A stretch of DNA of 64,000 bases from Malacoraja senta (taxonomy: Eukaryota): NCBI GenBank assembly GCA_038087875.1, contig JAXLNO010002010.1, forward strand, positions 62,001-126,000, in the 5' to 3' direction. Shown here one piece after another: positions 51,371 through 62,667 of the stretch. The notes below the pieces were generated by a model. The model did no database searches and was not told the DNA's origin. It saw only the letters and a program-made list of their open reading frames with translations. Every line of letters begins with the position of its first letter. Within the stretch, counting starts at the first letter, position 1. The translations under genes and the position numbers were made by a program.

Positions 51371-51509
51371 TTTCTTCTTCGTGCGTATGTCGTGCACAGC
51401 CTAAAGTTATAAGACAACTTGTTCTGTTTGATCTTCTGTTTGTGCACGTCAGGTTGATTGCATTCGTCGAAACAGGGTGGACCACGTGAAGGTTGCAATC
51501 TCCCACCCC
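51371..51509 (-). mobile_element. Short non-autonomous retroposon: HDV-like ribozyme head, 3' stem-loop, (GAA)n tail
   Basis: The minus strand ends ...TGTGCACGACATACGCAC-GAAGAAGAAA; stem CGTGCACA/TGTGCACG encloses the hairpin AAGTTGT-CTT-ATAACTT. Confidence 0.75.
51456..51509 (-). ncRNA. HDV/CPEB3-like self-cleaving ribozyme (minimal, P4 nearly absent)
   Basis: GGGGUGG-GA-GAUUGCA-ACC-UUCACGU-GGU-CCACCCU-GU-UUCGA-CGAA-UGCAAUC: 7-bp P1 with G1-U wobble, 7-bp P2, 3-bp P3, L3 UUCACGU, J4/2 CGAA. Confidence 0.88.
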
Positions 51510-51817
51510 ACTTGGCTGTATGGAGTTTGTATGTTCTCCTCGTGACCACATGGGCTTTCTCCAAGATCTTCAGTTTCCTCCCACACTCCAAAGATGTACA
51601 GATTTGTAGGTTAATGGGCTTGGTATGAATGTAAATGTTTCCTATTGTGTGTAGGATAGCATTGGTGTGCAGGGATTGCTGGTGGGCAGGGACCCGGTGG
51701 GCCAAAGGGCCTTTTTCCACGTTGTATCACTAAACTAAACACAATGGTACAGCAGTACATCATACTGCACACCGCTTCAGTAACCTAGGCTAGTTTCTCT
51801 CACATCCCAAAGACATA

Positions 51818-52026
51818 AGGGCCTGTCCCACTTGGTGAATTTTTTCGGCGATTGCCGGCATCATTGACTGACGTATCAGGTCACCGAAAAAGTTGCGGCG
51901 TGACGACGTATTGACGCGTGGTGTTTCCTCAAGTGTCGCAACATTTTTTTGTCGCCGCTGGATTTTGAAATGTTCTTGAAATGTTTTTGAGATGGAATTT
52001 AATACTCGCCAGGTGAGACAGGCCCT
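51818..52026. mobile_element. MITE with both TIRs (PIF/Harbinger-like), inserted in a SINE remnant
   Basis: AGGGCCTGTCCCACTTGG ... CCAGGTGAGACAGGCCCT, flanked by TA on both sides. Confidence 0.8.
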
Positions 52027-53243
52027 TATAGGTTAATTGACGAATGTAAATTCAAGAGTCGATGGGTACGTGAGAGAGGATAGATCACACAGAAACAGGT
52101 GGAGAAATGGGACTGGTAATCTGAGAATGGGCACATACATAACTTTGCACTATGTCACCTCTTGATACCGCTTTTCCTCGATCACCGCTTCCAACATGTC
52201 TCTATTTAAACACCTAGAAAATATTCAGCCGGGTATTTTTAAAAGGTTTCATTTGAATAATGCATACTGGATCTCAGATAGTTTACTGCAGTCAAAGTTC
52301 ATTGTTAATATGAAGGAAGGAACTGCAGGTGCTGGTTTAAATTGAAGATATGCACAAAAAGCTGGAGTAACTCAGTGGGTCAGGCAGCACCTCTGGAGAG
52401 AAGGAATAGGTGACACTTATATTCTTATTATAAGAATTTTATAAGAATATATTGTTTATATTTTTTATAGCCCATGGTAGGTTTGAGTCAATACAAAAAA
52501 TAACACACTAATATTGCTCAATTTACTCATTTTGTTCATTGTAGGTCAAGGGGATTAACATTTTGCAAGAACCTGATGGAATCTCTTATGTCTGAATTAA
52601 TCAATTTAAAAAAATTGTGTGATGGGAAAATCGTATTTACATCATGAGTTGACCAGATATAAGATTTATGCAAAAATAGAATTTATTTTCCATTTCATAT
52701 ATTGCTTATCTTTCACTTCACCTCGGAAACAAGTAAAGGTTGAAAACAGACCATAATGGTTTATTGTGGTTATTTGAGCCATTGGAACACTTGGGGCTGC
52801 CTTGCAATAGTCTAATTGGACAACCTCTGAGCACAGGGCAGTGAAACATACATATTATACATTACATCCGCTGTTTCCATTAACCTTCAAAAGGGCACAC
52901 TAAAGAAAATAATCACTTCAACACATTGCAACACATTGCAACACATTAGAGAAACTGCATAGAAGTCATACGAAAGGAACCAAGACCACGAAGCTAACTA
53001 TTTTAATGCAGATCCAGCGTTAGCCAAAAATGTCATTTTAAATAGGGTGTTAAGACTCTATAAGACTCAACAGAATTTTTTTCTGGCTGAATTTTATTGC
53101 TGAATGAAAATCTGAATTTACTTTACCTTTGAAGCATGAAAAAATATATATGTGGAAGATAGACACAAAATTCTGGCGTAACTAAGCCAGTCAGGCAGTA
53201 TCTCTGGAGAGAAGGAATGGGTGACGTTTCGGGTCAAGACCCT

Positions 53244-53379
53244 NNNNNNNNNNNNNNNNNNNNNNNNNNNNNNNNNNNNNNNNNNNNNNNNNNNNNNNNN
53301 NNNNNNNNNNNNNNNNNNNNNNNNNNNNNNNNNNNNNNNNNNNNNNNNNNNNNNNNNNNNNNNNNNNNNNNNNNNNNNN
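53244..53379. other. Assembly gap
   Basis: Run of N, starting at the end of a PLE left arm (53155-53243). Confidence 1.
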
Positions 53380-53719
53380 GTGTTATATATTGATGAGGGT
53401 AGGGCAATAAAAGCTGTCTGCATGGAATTTAGTAAAGCATTGGACAAGGTCCCTCTTCTAGGCTTATCCAGAGGACCTTTGTTGTTTGTCATGTATATGA
53501 ATGATTTGGATGAAAATCTGACAGAAAATGTCCACATAACAGGAACATTGGCAGAGTTGTGTATCATGAGAAAGCTTCCTCACATATATCACACATATAC
53601 ACATATATCACACATATATATGAGGGAACTATCCTATAAGTATGTGTGTGTGTATATATAATTTCTCACTATAATGCCAAGTAATGATAAAAATGTCATC
53701 ACCAGTAAAGGTTGCATTA

Positions 53720-54581
53720 TAGACAATAGACAATAGGTGCAGGAGTAGGGCATTCGACCCTTCGAGCCAGCACCGCCATTCAATGTGATCATGGCTGATC
53801 ATCCCCAATCAGTACCCCGTTCCTGCCTTCTCCCCATATCCCCTGACCGCTATCTTTAAGAGCCCTATCTAGCTCTCTCTTGAAAGTATCCAGAGAACTG
53901 GCCTCCACCACCCTCTGAAGCAGAGAATTCCACAGACTCACAACTCTCTGTGTGAAAAAGTGTTTGCTGCATGCTTACTTTCATTGATTGATGCACGAGG
54001 ACCCCCCAGTTCCCATTGTACTTCCCCTTTTCCCAACTTGACACCATTTAAATAATAATCTGCCTCCCTGTTTTTTCTACCAAAGTGGATAACCTCACAT
54101 TTATTACAACATTAAACTGCATCTGCCATGCATCTGACCACTCACCCAACCTGTCTATCAGAATGCAAGTCACCCTGCATTCTCATAGCACCCTCCTCAC
54201 AGTTCATACTGCCACCCAGCTTTGTGTCATTTGCAAATTTGCTAATATTACTTTGAATCCCTTCATCTAAATCATTGATGTATATTGTAAATAGCTGTGG
54301 TCCCAGCACCGAGCCTTGCAGTACCCCATTAGTCACTGCCTGCCATTCTGAAAGGGACCCGTTAATCCCTACTCTTTGTTTCCTGTCTGCCAACCAATAT
54401 TCTATCCATGTCAGCACTCTGCCCCCAATACCATGTGCCATAATTTTGCCCACTAATCTCCTATGTGGGACATAATCAAATGCTTTCTGATAGTCCTGGT
54501 ACACTACATCCACTGGCACTCCCTTGTCCATTTTCCTAGTTACATCCTCAAAAAATCCCAGAAGATTAGTCCAGCATGATT
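53720..54581 (-). mobile_element. CR1 LINE fragment with internal deletion
   Basis: RT motifs at 54142-54531; deletion junction near 53965; (AGACAAT)n tail. Confidence 0.92.
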
Positions 54582-54880
54582 TCTAAAACTAACTAAACGT
54601 TTAATGAAAGATTTTGTTTAACTGCAGATGCTGGAAAAATCAAAGGTAGATAAACATGCTGGAAAAACTCAGCGGGAGAGGCAGCATCTATGGAGCGAAG
54701 GAATAGGTGACGTTTTGGGTCGAGTCTGAAGAAGGGTTTCAACCCGAAACGACACCTATTCCTTCGCTCCATAGATGCTGCCTCACCCGCTGAGTTTTTC
54801 CAGCATGTTTATCTACCTTTGATTTTTCCAGCATCTGCAGTTAAACAAAATCTTTCAATAAACGTTTAGTTAGTTTTAGA
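54582..54880. repeat. ~300-bp near-perfect palindrome (PLE fold-back plus duplicated flank)
   Basis: TCTAAAACTAACTAAACGTTTA...TAAACGTTTAGTTAGTTTTAGA; arms of ~140 bp with few mismatches. Confidence 0.92.
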
Positions 54881-55170
54881 GATACAGCAGGGAAACAGGC
54901 CCTTCAGCCCACCGAGTCCCTGCCAACCATCAAACATCCATTCACACTAGTTCTATGTCATCCCACTTTTGCATCATCTCTCTACTCATGGAAGGCCAAT
55001 TTACAAAGGACAATTAACCTACGAATGCATAGATCTTTAGGATGTGTGAGGAAACCGCAGCACCCATAGGGAAACAACACGATCACAGGGAGAACGTGCA
55101 AACTCCACACAGACAGCACCTGAGGAGGCAGAATGAAACCTGGATCTCTAGCGCTGTGAGGCACAGCTCT
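54865..55170 (-). mobile_element. V-SINE
   Basis: Reverse SINE tail, core and head. Confidence 0.8.
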
Positions 55171-55304
55171 ACAATTACAAAGAATTCAGGGGACGGGATC
55201 TTGCCGAATATGTTCTTCCTACACATGCAAGTGCATTGGTTCTGAATTTTGACCAGTTGACTTTTAAACAACTCTCATTCAATGACAGCCACTCCCAGTC
55301 TACG

Positions 55305-55625
55305 CATGGAGTGATACAGTGTGGAAACAAGCCTTTGGCCAACTTGCCCACACCGGCCAATATGTCCCAGCTACACTAGTCCCACCTGCCTGCGTTTGGT
55401 CCATATCCCTCTAAACCTGTCCTATCCATGTACCCGTCTAAATGTTTCTTAAACGTTGGGATAGTCCCTGCCTCAACTACTTCCTCTGGCAGCTCGTTCC
55501 ACACTTTGTGTGAAAAAGTTACCCCTCAGGTTCCTCTCACCTTTAACCTATGTCCTCTGGTTCTTGATTCCCCTACTCTGGCCAAGACACTCTGTGCGTC
55601 TGCCCGATCTATTCCTCTCAAGATT
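55305..55625 (-). mobile_element. CR1 3' fragment
   Basis: Same family as 42085-42330. Confidence 0.8.
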
Positions 55626-56364
55626 CATTCCATTGAGGAGCCGTCTTCAGAAGCATAGTACAACATGTTGGCTCTGCTATACAGCATGTGTAGCACTACT
55701 GACCAGGGATAACTTTCTAGGCATTTTGATTCCAAGTGTGAACTCCTAATTTCCCATTTTAAGCTTGTCAAATAATTGGAATGCATTTTTAATGACGAAC
55801 AAGTGTTCAAACCTGCCACCAAATATGACTATTCCATGAATTTGTTTTAATCAAATGTCTGAGGGAAATCAATTTAACAATTGTTTGGTGATGTTCATTT
55901 AGCATTCTGCTGACTTGATATTTTCATTGAAGTGTCAGTAACTAAAAATAATTCCTGTTCTTTTCCTTGATCCATGAAAGTTGTTCTCTGTTCAAGGTGT
56001 GCAGGTTATGCAATATAGGAGGATATTTGATGTGACTTGACTTTAGGTCCACCCAAGCCTGTTATCCAAGGTGTGTGAGGTTGGCAGTTAAGAGGTCCCT
56101 GACCCGTTTTGAAGCTCTGATTTCTGCCTCTGTACCCTGCTCATCACCACTGCAAGATGACATATAGGGTATAGTTTGTGACTGGTGCATGCCTCATGGT
56201 CTGCACAAATTAATCCAGTTCACTTTTGATTTTTAAAATTAAAATTTCGCCTAAAATCATTCTTTGTGTGTGGTGGGGAGATGGCAGGGTTGTTGTAAGT
56301 GGTGCAATGTGGCCTCCATAAGTGTGTTAGGTGAGTGAGGTGTGCCCAGACTGAACTGCATCTG

Positions 56365-56646
56365 AATCAGCCAACTGAACCATCCTACCAACAACTAGAT
56401 AGCAGTCCTGATCTACCATCTACCTCATTGGAGACCCTTGGACTATCTTTTATCAGACTTTACTGGACTTTATCTTACACTAAACGTTATTCACGGTATT
56501 CCATTTATCATTCACCTGTACACTGTGGATGGCTCGATTGTAATCAGGTATTGTCTTTCTACTGACTGGCGAGCAAGCAACAAAAGCTTTTCACTGTACC
56601 TCAGGACATGTGACAATAAACTAAACTAATCTAACCTAAACTAAAC
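56365..56646 (+). mobile_element. Rex1/Babar-like 3' UTR
   Basis: Matches 62920-63080 plus 63704-63790, which follow a Rex1-like ORF. Confidence 0.7.
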
Positions 56647-58194
56647 TGCAAATGGAACTGCCCATTTTAGAAGCAGTGTACCCGCTGATGGCGTCAAATT
56701 TCAGAGATTTGGTTAAAAGGCTAACATCCATCAGTAATCATTGAATAACACTACAACCGCTCGCTTCCATATTATTCACTGATATTTTAAATAACTAGTA
56801 CATCAAACACACCCTTGAATCAGAGTCTCATAATATGTCATCTACCATTTCTACTGCAGTTCTTATTCCTGGTAATGAACAAAGTTTGAAAACCTCAGGC
56901 ATAGATCCTTACCAAATGCTTCTTGGAATATCAAACTAAATGCTAACCGTTTAGGAATTCTCATCTGATAATATCCTGCATAATCTCCTGAAGTAAATCA
57001 AGCTAATTTATGATTTAATACTTTTGAATCCTTCTGACCGACCTTATGATCCTTTTGCACTTCAAATTAATTTTGGCGCAAAATGAAATGAATGCCTTGG
57101 ATTGGAAATAATCATATTCTGCAGTCTATAATTCCCCTTCCCTGACCATGTCTCCAGTTGGAGGCACAAGGAACTGCAGAGCGTGGAATCTTGAGCAAAA
57201 CACAAAGTGCCGGAGGAGAGACTGACTCAGAGAGACAGGCAGCATCTGTGGAGGGAATGGGCAGGTGACGTTTTGGGTTGTGACACTTCTTCAGACTTTA
57301 TTTGAGAATAACATTTACTTGTCCCAAGAGTGTTTGAATGGGGCCTTTATCAATTAAGCACAACCTCTTATATTGCGTGAGTCCTGACCAGCAATCCCCA
57401 CACATTAACACTATCCTACACACACTAGTGACAATTTACACATACCAAGTCAATTAAACTACAAACCTGTACGTCTCTGGAGTGTGGAAGGAAACCAAAG
57501 ATCTTGGAGAAAACCCACGCTGTCAAGGTTTCAATGTCAGTTTATTGTCACATGTACCAATTAAGGTACAGTGAAATTCGAATTTAATACAGCCATACTA
57601 AAAAAAAGCAACAAGACACACAACTACAAAAAAGTTAACATAAAACAGTTGACAGCGAGGCAAGTTGTTTGACAGAATGTTTGGAGATGCGATTGGTGAG
57701 GTCATTCCCCTTGCTCTGCTCAAACCAAAAAACAATAATTCCAAGCTTTCTTTGATGGCTCTGGTCTCTTCCATTGCCTGCAGAGCTGTTAAAAGAGAAT
57801 TTGTAGAACCCTTATTGCCCTTTAGCTCTAGGCCAGCCTAGACTCAGCAAGCAAAATGCATGGTATGGCAAAAATGGGCAATCTTCCTCAGATCAATGAT
57901 GCCTATTGGAATTATTGTAGGGCACGGTGCAGATTCCTTTATTCAGGAGACACTCAAGGTTTTTGATGACTAGACAACAATTCAAAACCTACTAATGTGG
58001 TTTGTGGTTGTTACTCCTCTTCTGCCTTAAACCAGGCAGAGGGAAATGACAACTATTCCATGTAGAACACTCATGTATTCATTATACAGACACCAGCAAG
58101 TTCGAGATGTGTTTCCCTGCCTGCCTGGATACAATGCCCAAAACATTTTATTAACTGTTTTCTGTTTTTTTCCAAGGAAAGAAGCATGGGTGCC

Positions 58195-58548
58195 ACAGTG
58201 TCACAACAGCTAGAGCTGCTACCTCACAGTGCCAGAGACCCAGGTTCGATCCTGACCTCGGGTTCTGTCTGTGTGAAGTTTGCACGGTCTCCTTGTGACC
58301 ATGTGGGTTTCCACCAGGTGCTCCAGCTTCCTCCCACATCCCAGAGATGTGTGGGTTTGTAGGATAATTGGCATTTGTGAATTGCTCCAAGTGTTTAGGG
58401 AATGGATAAGAAAGTGGAACAACATAGAACTAGTGTGAACGGGTGATTGATGGTTGGCATACATTCCGTGGGCCGAAGGGCCTGTTTCTATGCTGTATCT
58501 CTCAACTAATCTAATCTAAACTAAACTAAACTCAACTAAACTAAACTA
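58195..58548 (+). mobile_element. V-SINE, full length
   Basis: GGTTCGATCC, core, (CTAAA)n tail. Confidence 0.88.
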
Positions 58549-60984
58549 AGAGGAGAACAATATCCATGTTGGGTAACTGCCCCACCTCCCAAAAAATGTT
58601 TGCAGATGACAGTAAAGTGCGTGGTATCGTAGACGTTGAAGATGATTATCAAATTACAAATATCAATGCAGGATCCTGATCAGCTGGGCCAGTGGGCTGA
58701 GGAATGGCAAATGGAGTTCAAGTTTGTATTTTGGGAATCGAACCACAGCAGGACCTTCACAGTGAATGGCAGGGTCCTAGGAGGTGTTGTAGAGCAGAGA
58801 GATCTAGGAGTATCAGGGGTTACGGGGAGAAGGCAGGGGAATGGGGTTAGGAGGGGGTAGATAGATCAGCCATGATTGAATGGCAGAGTAGACATGATGG
58901 GCCAAATAGCCTGATTCTGCTCCTATCACTTATGACCTTATGATTCAAATTAAACATTAGCTTGAGTTGCTTAAAGAACAGCAAATGCTGGAATAATTCA
59001 GCAGTTCAGTTCAGGCAGCATCAGAGAAAAGACAAATAAATGTTTCAGATCTGATATCCTTTGTCAGATTGGGAAGAGAGGGGCAATAAGTTAGTTTTCA
59101 TCAGCAGAGAGGGAGGGATGGGAATATCTCTAAAACCATGAAACTATGAGTTAATTTAGCAGTCAGAATCAGACAGTGCATCTTTTCTTTCCATATTATA
59201 TGCCGCTCATAGCAGGCTATGGGACATGTGCAGCAAAGCGAGAAAGAGAACAATTGAGCTAAATTGTTGACATGCAAAAATGGCCATTATTGATAGACAG
59301 GAACACGGAATGAGTTATGTAAATTGAGAAAGCGATTAATATATCTTTCATTTTGAATGAAGAGGAACAGCAGTGAGGGATTAAATCAAGTGTAAGGCAA
59401 TTTACATTATTTTTTTAGTTGAACGTTGCTTGTGTTATAGTTTAACATTTTAATATAACTTTTATTTTAGTAACAATGAAGTTGATATTTTTTATCAGTT
59501 TTTGAATGTATATGAACATCATAGACATTCAGAAACATGTTGAGGTCTGGCAGCCAGCTTAGCCTGGTGCTTGAACAACAGCAAATTTGTGGACAAAGCG
59601 TTCTATTCCTCCAATCTTCTAACACAAGCATCTAACATTTAAAAAAAGGGCCTCGGTATTGAGCTTGGCTTCATCCAAGACTCCGCCAGTGGGAAATTTG
59701 TGTTTAGCAAGTTCAGAGGCCAGCAGAGAAACTGATATTTCATTAAATTTTATAAAATATGTCGGCCTTGCGAACAGATGTATAGAGTGGCAACAGTGTA
59801 TAAAATATGTAATTCATCAGTGAAAGAGGAAGAGAAGCAACCTTCTGCTGCAATCTCAGAAGATGAAAGATCATTCTTCACTCAAGACGATAATAAGAAA
59901 GATGTTTCCCGACAGAAGCCACCTGTCGATTTAAGACAAGGAGCAGAATCTATTGTGTCGGGGATTTTGGAGAGCAAGTTTGACCTAAGCAACACCAGGT
60001 GCTGGAACAATCAACAGATCTCCGATGCTTACACACATTCCGTGTACGCTGTGTGTTGTTTCATTTGGCTACAGGTGTAACCAACTGAAACAACACACAG
60101 GGAAATTCAGCAGCAGTCTTCTTTCATTGCAAATCGGTGGTTCAAGAACGGGTAGCCATTTTTCAAGTGCCGTTTGAAGCCAGAAAAATTGTCCTCCGCG
60201 TTTCAATTAGTTCTTGGCATTTCTTCAGAGAAGATATTGACCTCTACATCTGTTACAGATTCCTAAGACAATTTGACTGGATCTGGAATTTATCCACAGT
60301 CATTATTTGTGAAGAATTAATTTAGCACATCTGTCATTTCCTGACCTTGCATCATGTGTCTATCCAATATATTTCTTAAAGGAGCCTACTTGTTCACTAA
60401 TATTCTACCAATTTCTCCCACCACCGAAAATGTGGTTACCACTTGTTCTGATCTGCAGCTTCCTTTTTTCCTGGCCTCATAACTTTTCCAACATTTCACA
60501 ATATATTCCTTCCCAGTGCTCCTGACAATAGTAATCAGAGCATTGAAAGCTTGTTCTTTGGTATTTTCCTATCCTTACTTTAATCACGAATTGTTTTTGT
60601 CAGCTTCCCCTTTGCACCAATTATTATTTATTTGGTCAGCATTTGCCATTTGCATTTGAATGTTGACTAAAATATTAGGTTTGACTTGTTTCAGCTCCAT
60701 TTTAAATGAGGTAAGCATGCTTAATCAGAAAGTGCTTTGGGTCTACCATCCTTTGATTCTGCTTTTCATTGCAATAGTTACTGTGCAGGTCGTGATCTGC
60801 AATCCTGACTCTCCTGGAATACCTGTGATTGGGATACAATACCGAATTGAAATAAATCATGCTGGGACGAGTGACGACCTGCTACACTTGCTCATCGCTG
60901 GGTTTCTGTTGCAATGCCAACAAAGACGTGAGAGCAGACCAGGAATCACTTGGAGAAAATTCCCTGCTTAGTTCAGATATGAAA

Positions 60985-61305
60985 TAGAGGGGGTGAATGC
61001 ACAGAGTCTTTTACCCAGAGTCGCAGAATCAAGAACTAGAGAGCATAGGTTTAAGGTAAGAGGGAGGGATTTAATGTAAACCGGTGGAGCAATTTTTTGG
61101 AATATATGGAATGATCCGCCAGAGGAGGTAGTTGAGGCAGGCACCATAACAACATTTAAAATATATTTGGACAGTTACATGGATAGGAAAGGTTTAGAGG
61201 GATATGGGCTAAATACAGGCAAGCGGGACTAGAGGAGGTGGGCCTCCAGTCGGCATGGGGAAGTTAGGCCGAAGGGCCTGTTTCTGTGCTGCATGACTAT
61301 GCCTC
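60985..61305 (+). mobile_element. CR1 3' fragment
   Basis: Matches 28690-29020. Confidence 0.8.
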
Positions 61306-62039
61306 TATATGAACAGTGTGCAAAATGAGTGACCAAAGAAGATTTGGGAAGAAAGAAAGTTGTTCATAATTTTTACTTGCACAGAGAAGTTGCATTTTTT
61401 GCTGCGTTTATGGATTGTTTGGTCTGGGTAAGGACTTTACCCATAACAAGCGTTGTTGTGGTTGAATTTTTAACAGCATAATATAGGTCTTACAAAATAT
61501 CTACTGATTAAGGAAATCACTGATGTAATCAGTATTCGTATTGTTCCCGGAGCAGTGTGAGTTGTTAACAATCTGCCCGTGGGAGAAGTCACTTTACACT
61601 TCTGCAGTACACATGGTGGCCAGAAGATGGCATTTCTTCTCCACACGTTCACTTCCACAGTAATGCCCCAATATGTTTGTTCCGCGCTTTTAAAATCTGT
61701 TAATTTCCCAGTAATGCAAACAAATGCTGTGCTCCTTTGATGGTGACTTTGAAACCGGCCTAAAATAGAGTCAAGATTGGGGCTTAGTTAAGACTGGACT
61801 GAAGGACTGGACTACATGATAAGTTAACAGCAATGGGGACAAAAACACAGCGACATTAATGTAACAAGCGTTTTGCATTCTATTAATTAAAATAGCAGTA
61901 ATGTTAGTGATGATTTTCACAAAGCTCAAATAGATGAACCAAGATGTTAGGAAGTTACAAAGAATAATATTGCTGCCTTACCACGCTCCACCTACTACTC
62001 GGAATTACAGAATGCAGTACAACATGCAGCTAAGTGTAC

Positions 62040-62340
62040 TTTTGTAATTAGTGTCCAATTACATATAAATTACATAAGCAGAGGTTACCCTGGCAACAGA
62101 GAAGGAACCTTTTAAATAAACCATTACTTGAATACCAGTTAAGCCCTCGATTACCATTCATGCACAATTCACCTTTAAGTGAACATTAATGTTCATTATA
62201 CTTTATACCATATATTCAGCATTGCTGATCACCGTGCAAAATAAAATGTTTGGAACCAATTTGGCGTTGCCTGCCACAAACTGTGGATAAAACATTGAAA
62301 ATCAATTGCAAAATGCTAAGTAGTCAGTAGATGGCGCCAG
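62040..62340. promoter_or_regulatory. Candidate enhancer/insulator: RFX X-box, homeodomain sites, CTCF-like motif
   Basis: GTTACCCTGGCAAC 62084-62097; TAATTA/CAATTA/AAATTA cluster 62045-62072; TCAGTAGATGGCGC 62324-62337. Confidence 0.4.
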
Positions 62341-62667
62341 ATACTCAAACCAGTTGAAATCTTTCCATGATCATTGTATCCAGATATTCTGACACATAAA
62401 ATGCATGCAAAAATGGCAGAATGCGCATGATCTCTAGACATTCAATGGAGTTTACAATTGACGGCTTCCCAGAAACATGTGTAGGGATATTAATGGGCAG
62501 TTAACCTCAGGCCTGTCACTTCTAATGTCAAAAACACACCAACACTACTGCATTGCCTGGTGATTCGTTTTGATGGTTGTTTACAGCTGAGGCAACTGCA
62601 TTGTTGATGTCTGCAAGGCAGCATAGTGGCGCAGCGGCTGATTTGCCGTCTTACAGTGCCGGGAACT

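Larger units (their letters stand above)
51292..51740 (+). mobile_element. V-SINE interrupted by a ~140-bp ribozyme-headed element
   Basis: The SINE reads ...ACTACGGGTG | insertion | CTGTATGGAG...; compare the uninterrupted copy at 36133-36155. Confidence 0.88.

Noticed and set aside
59640-59690. Faint resemblance to a DeuSINE core (and a tail-like piece at ~6890-6950)
   Set aside because: Too short and diverged to support without a profile search.
59778-60080. 100-aa hydrophilic ORF that looks exon-like
   Set aside because: No recognisable domain, a weak donor (CAG|GTGCTG), and it lies near what looks like a decayed minus-strand CR1 (~60300-60560).
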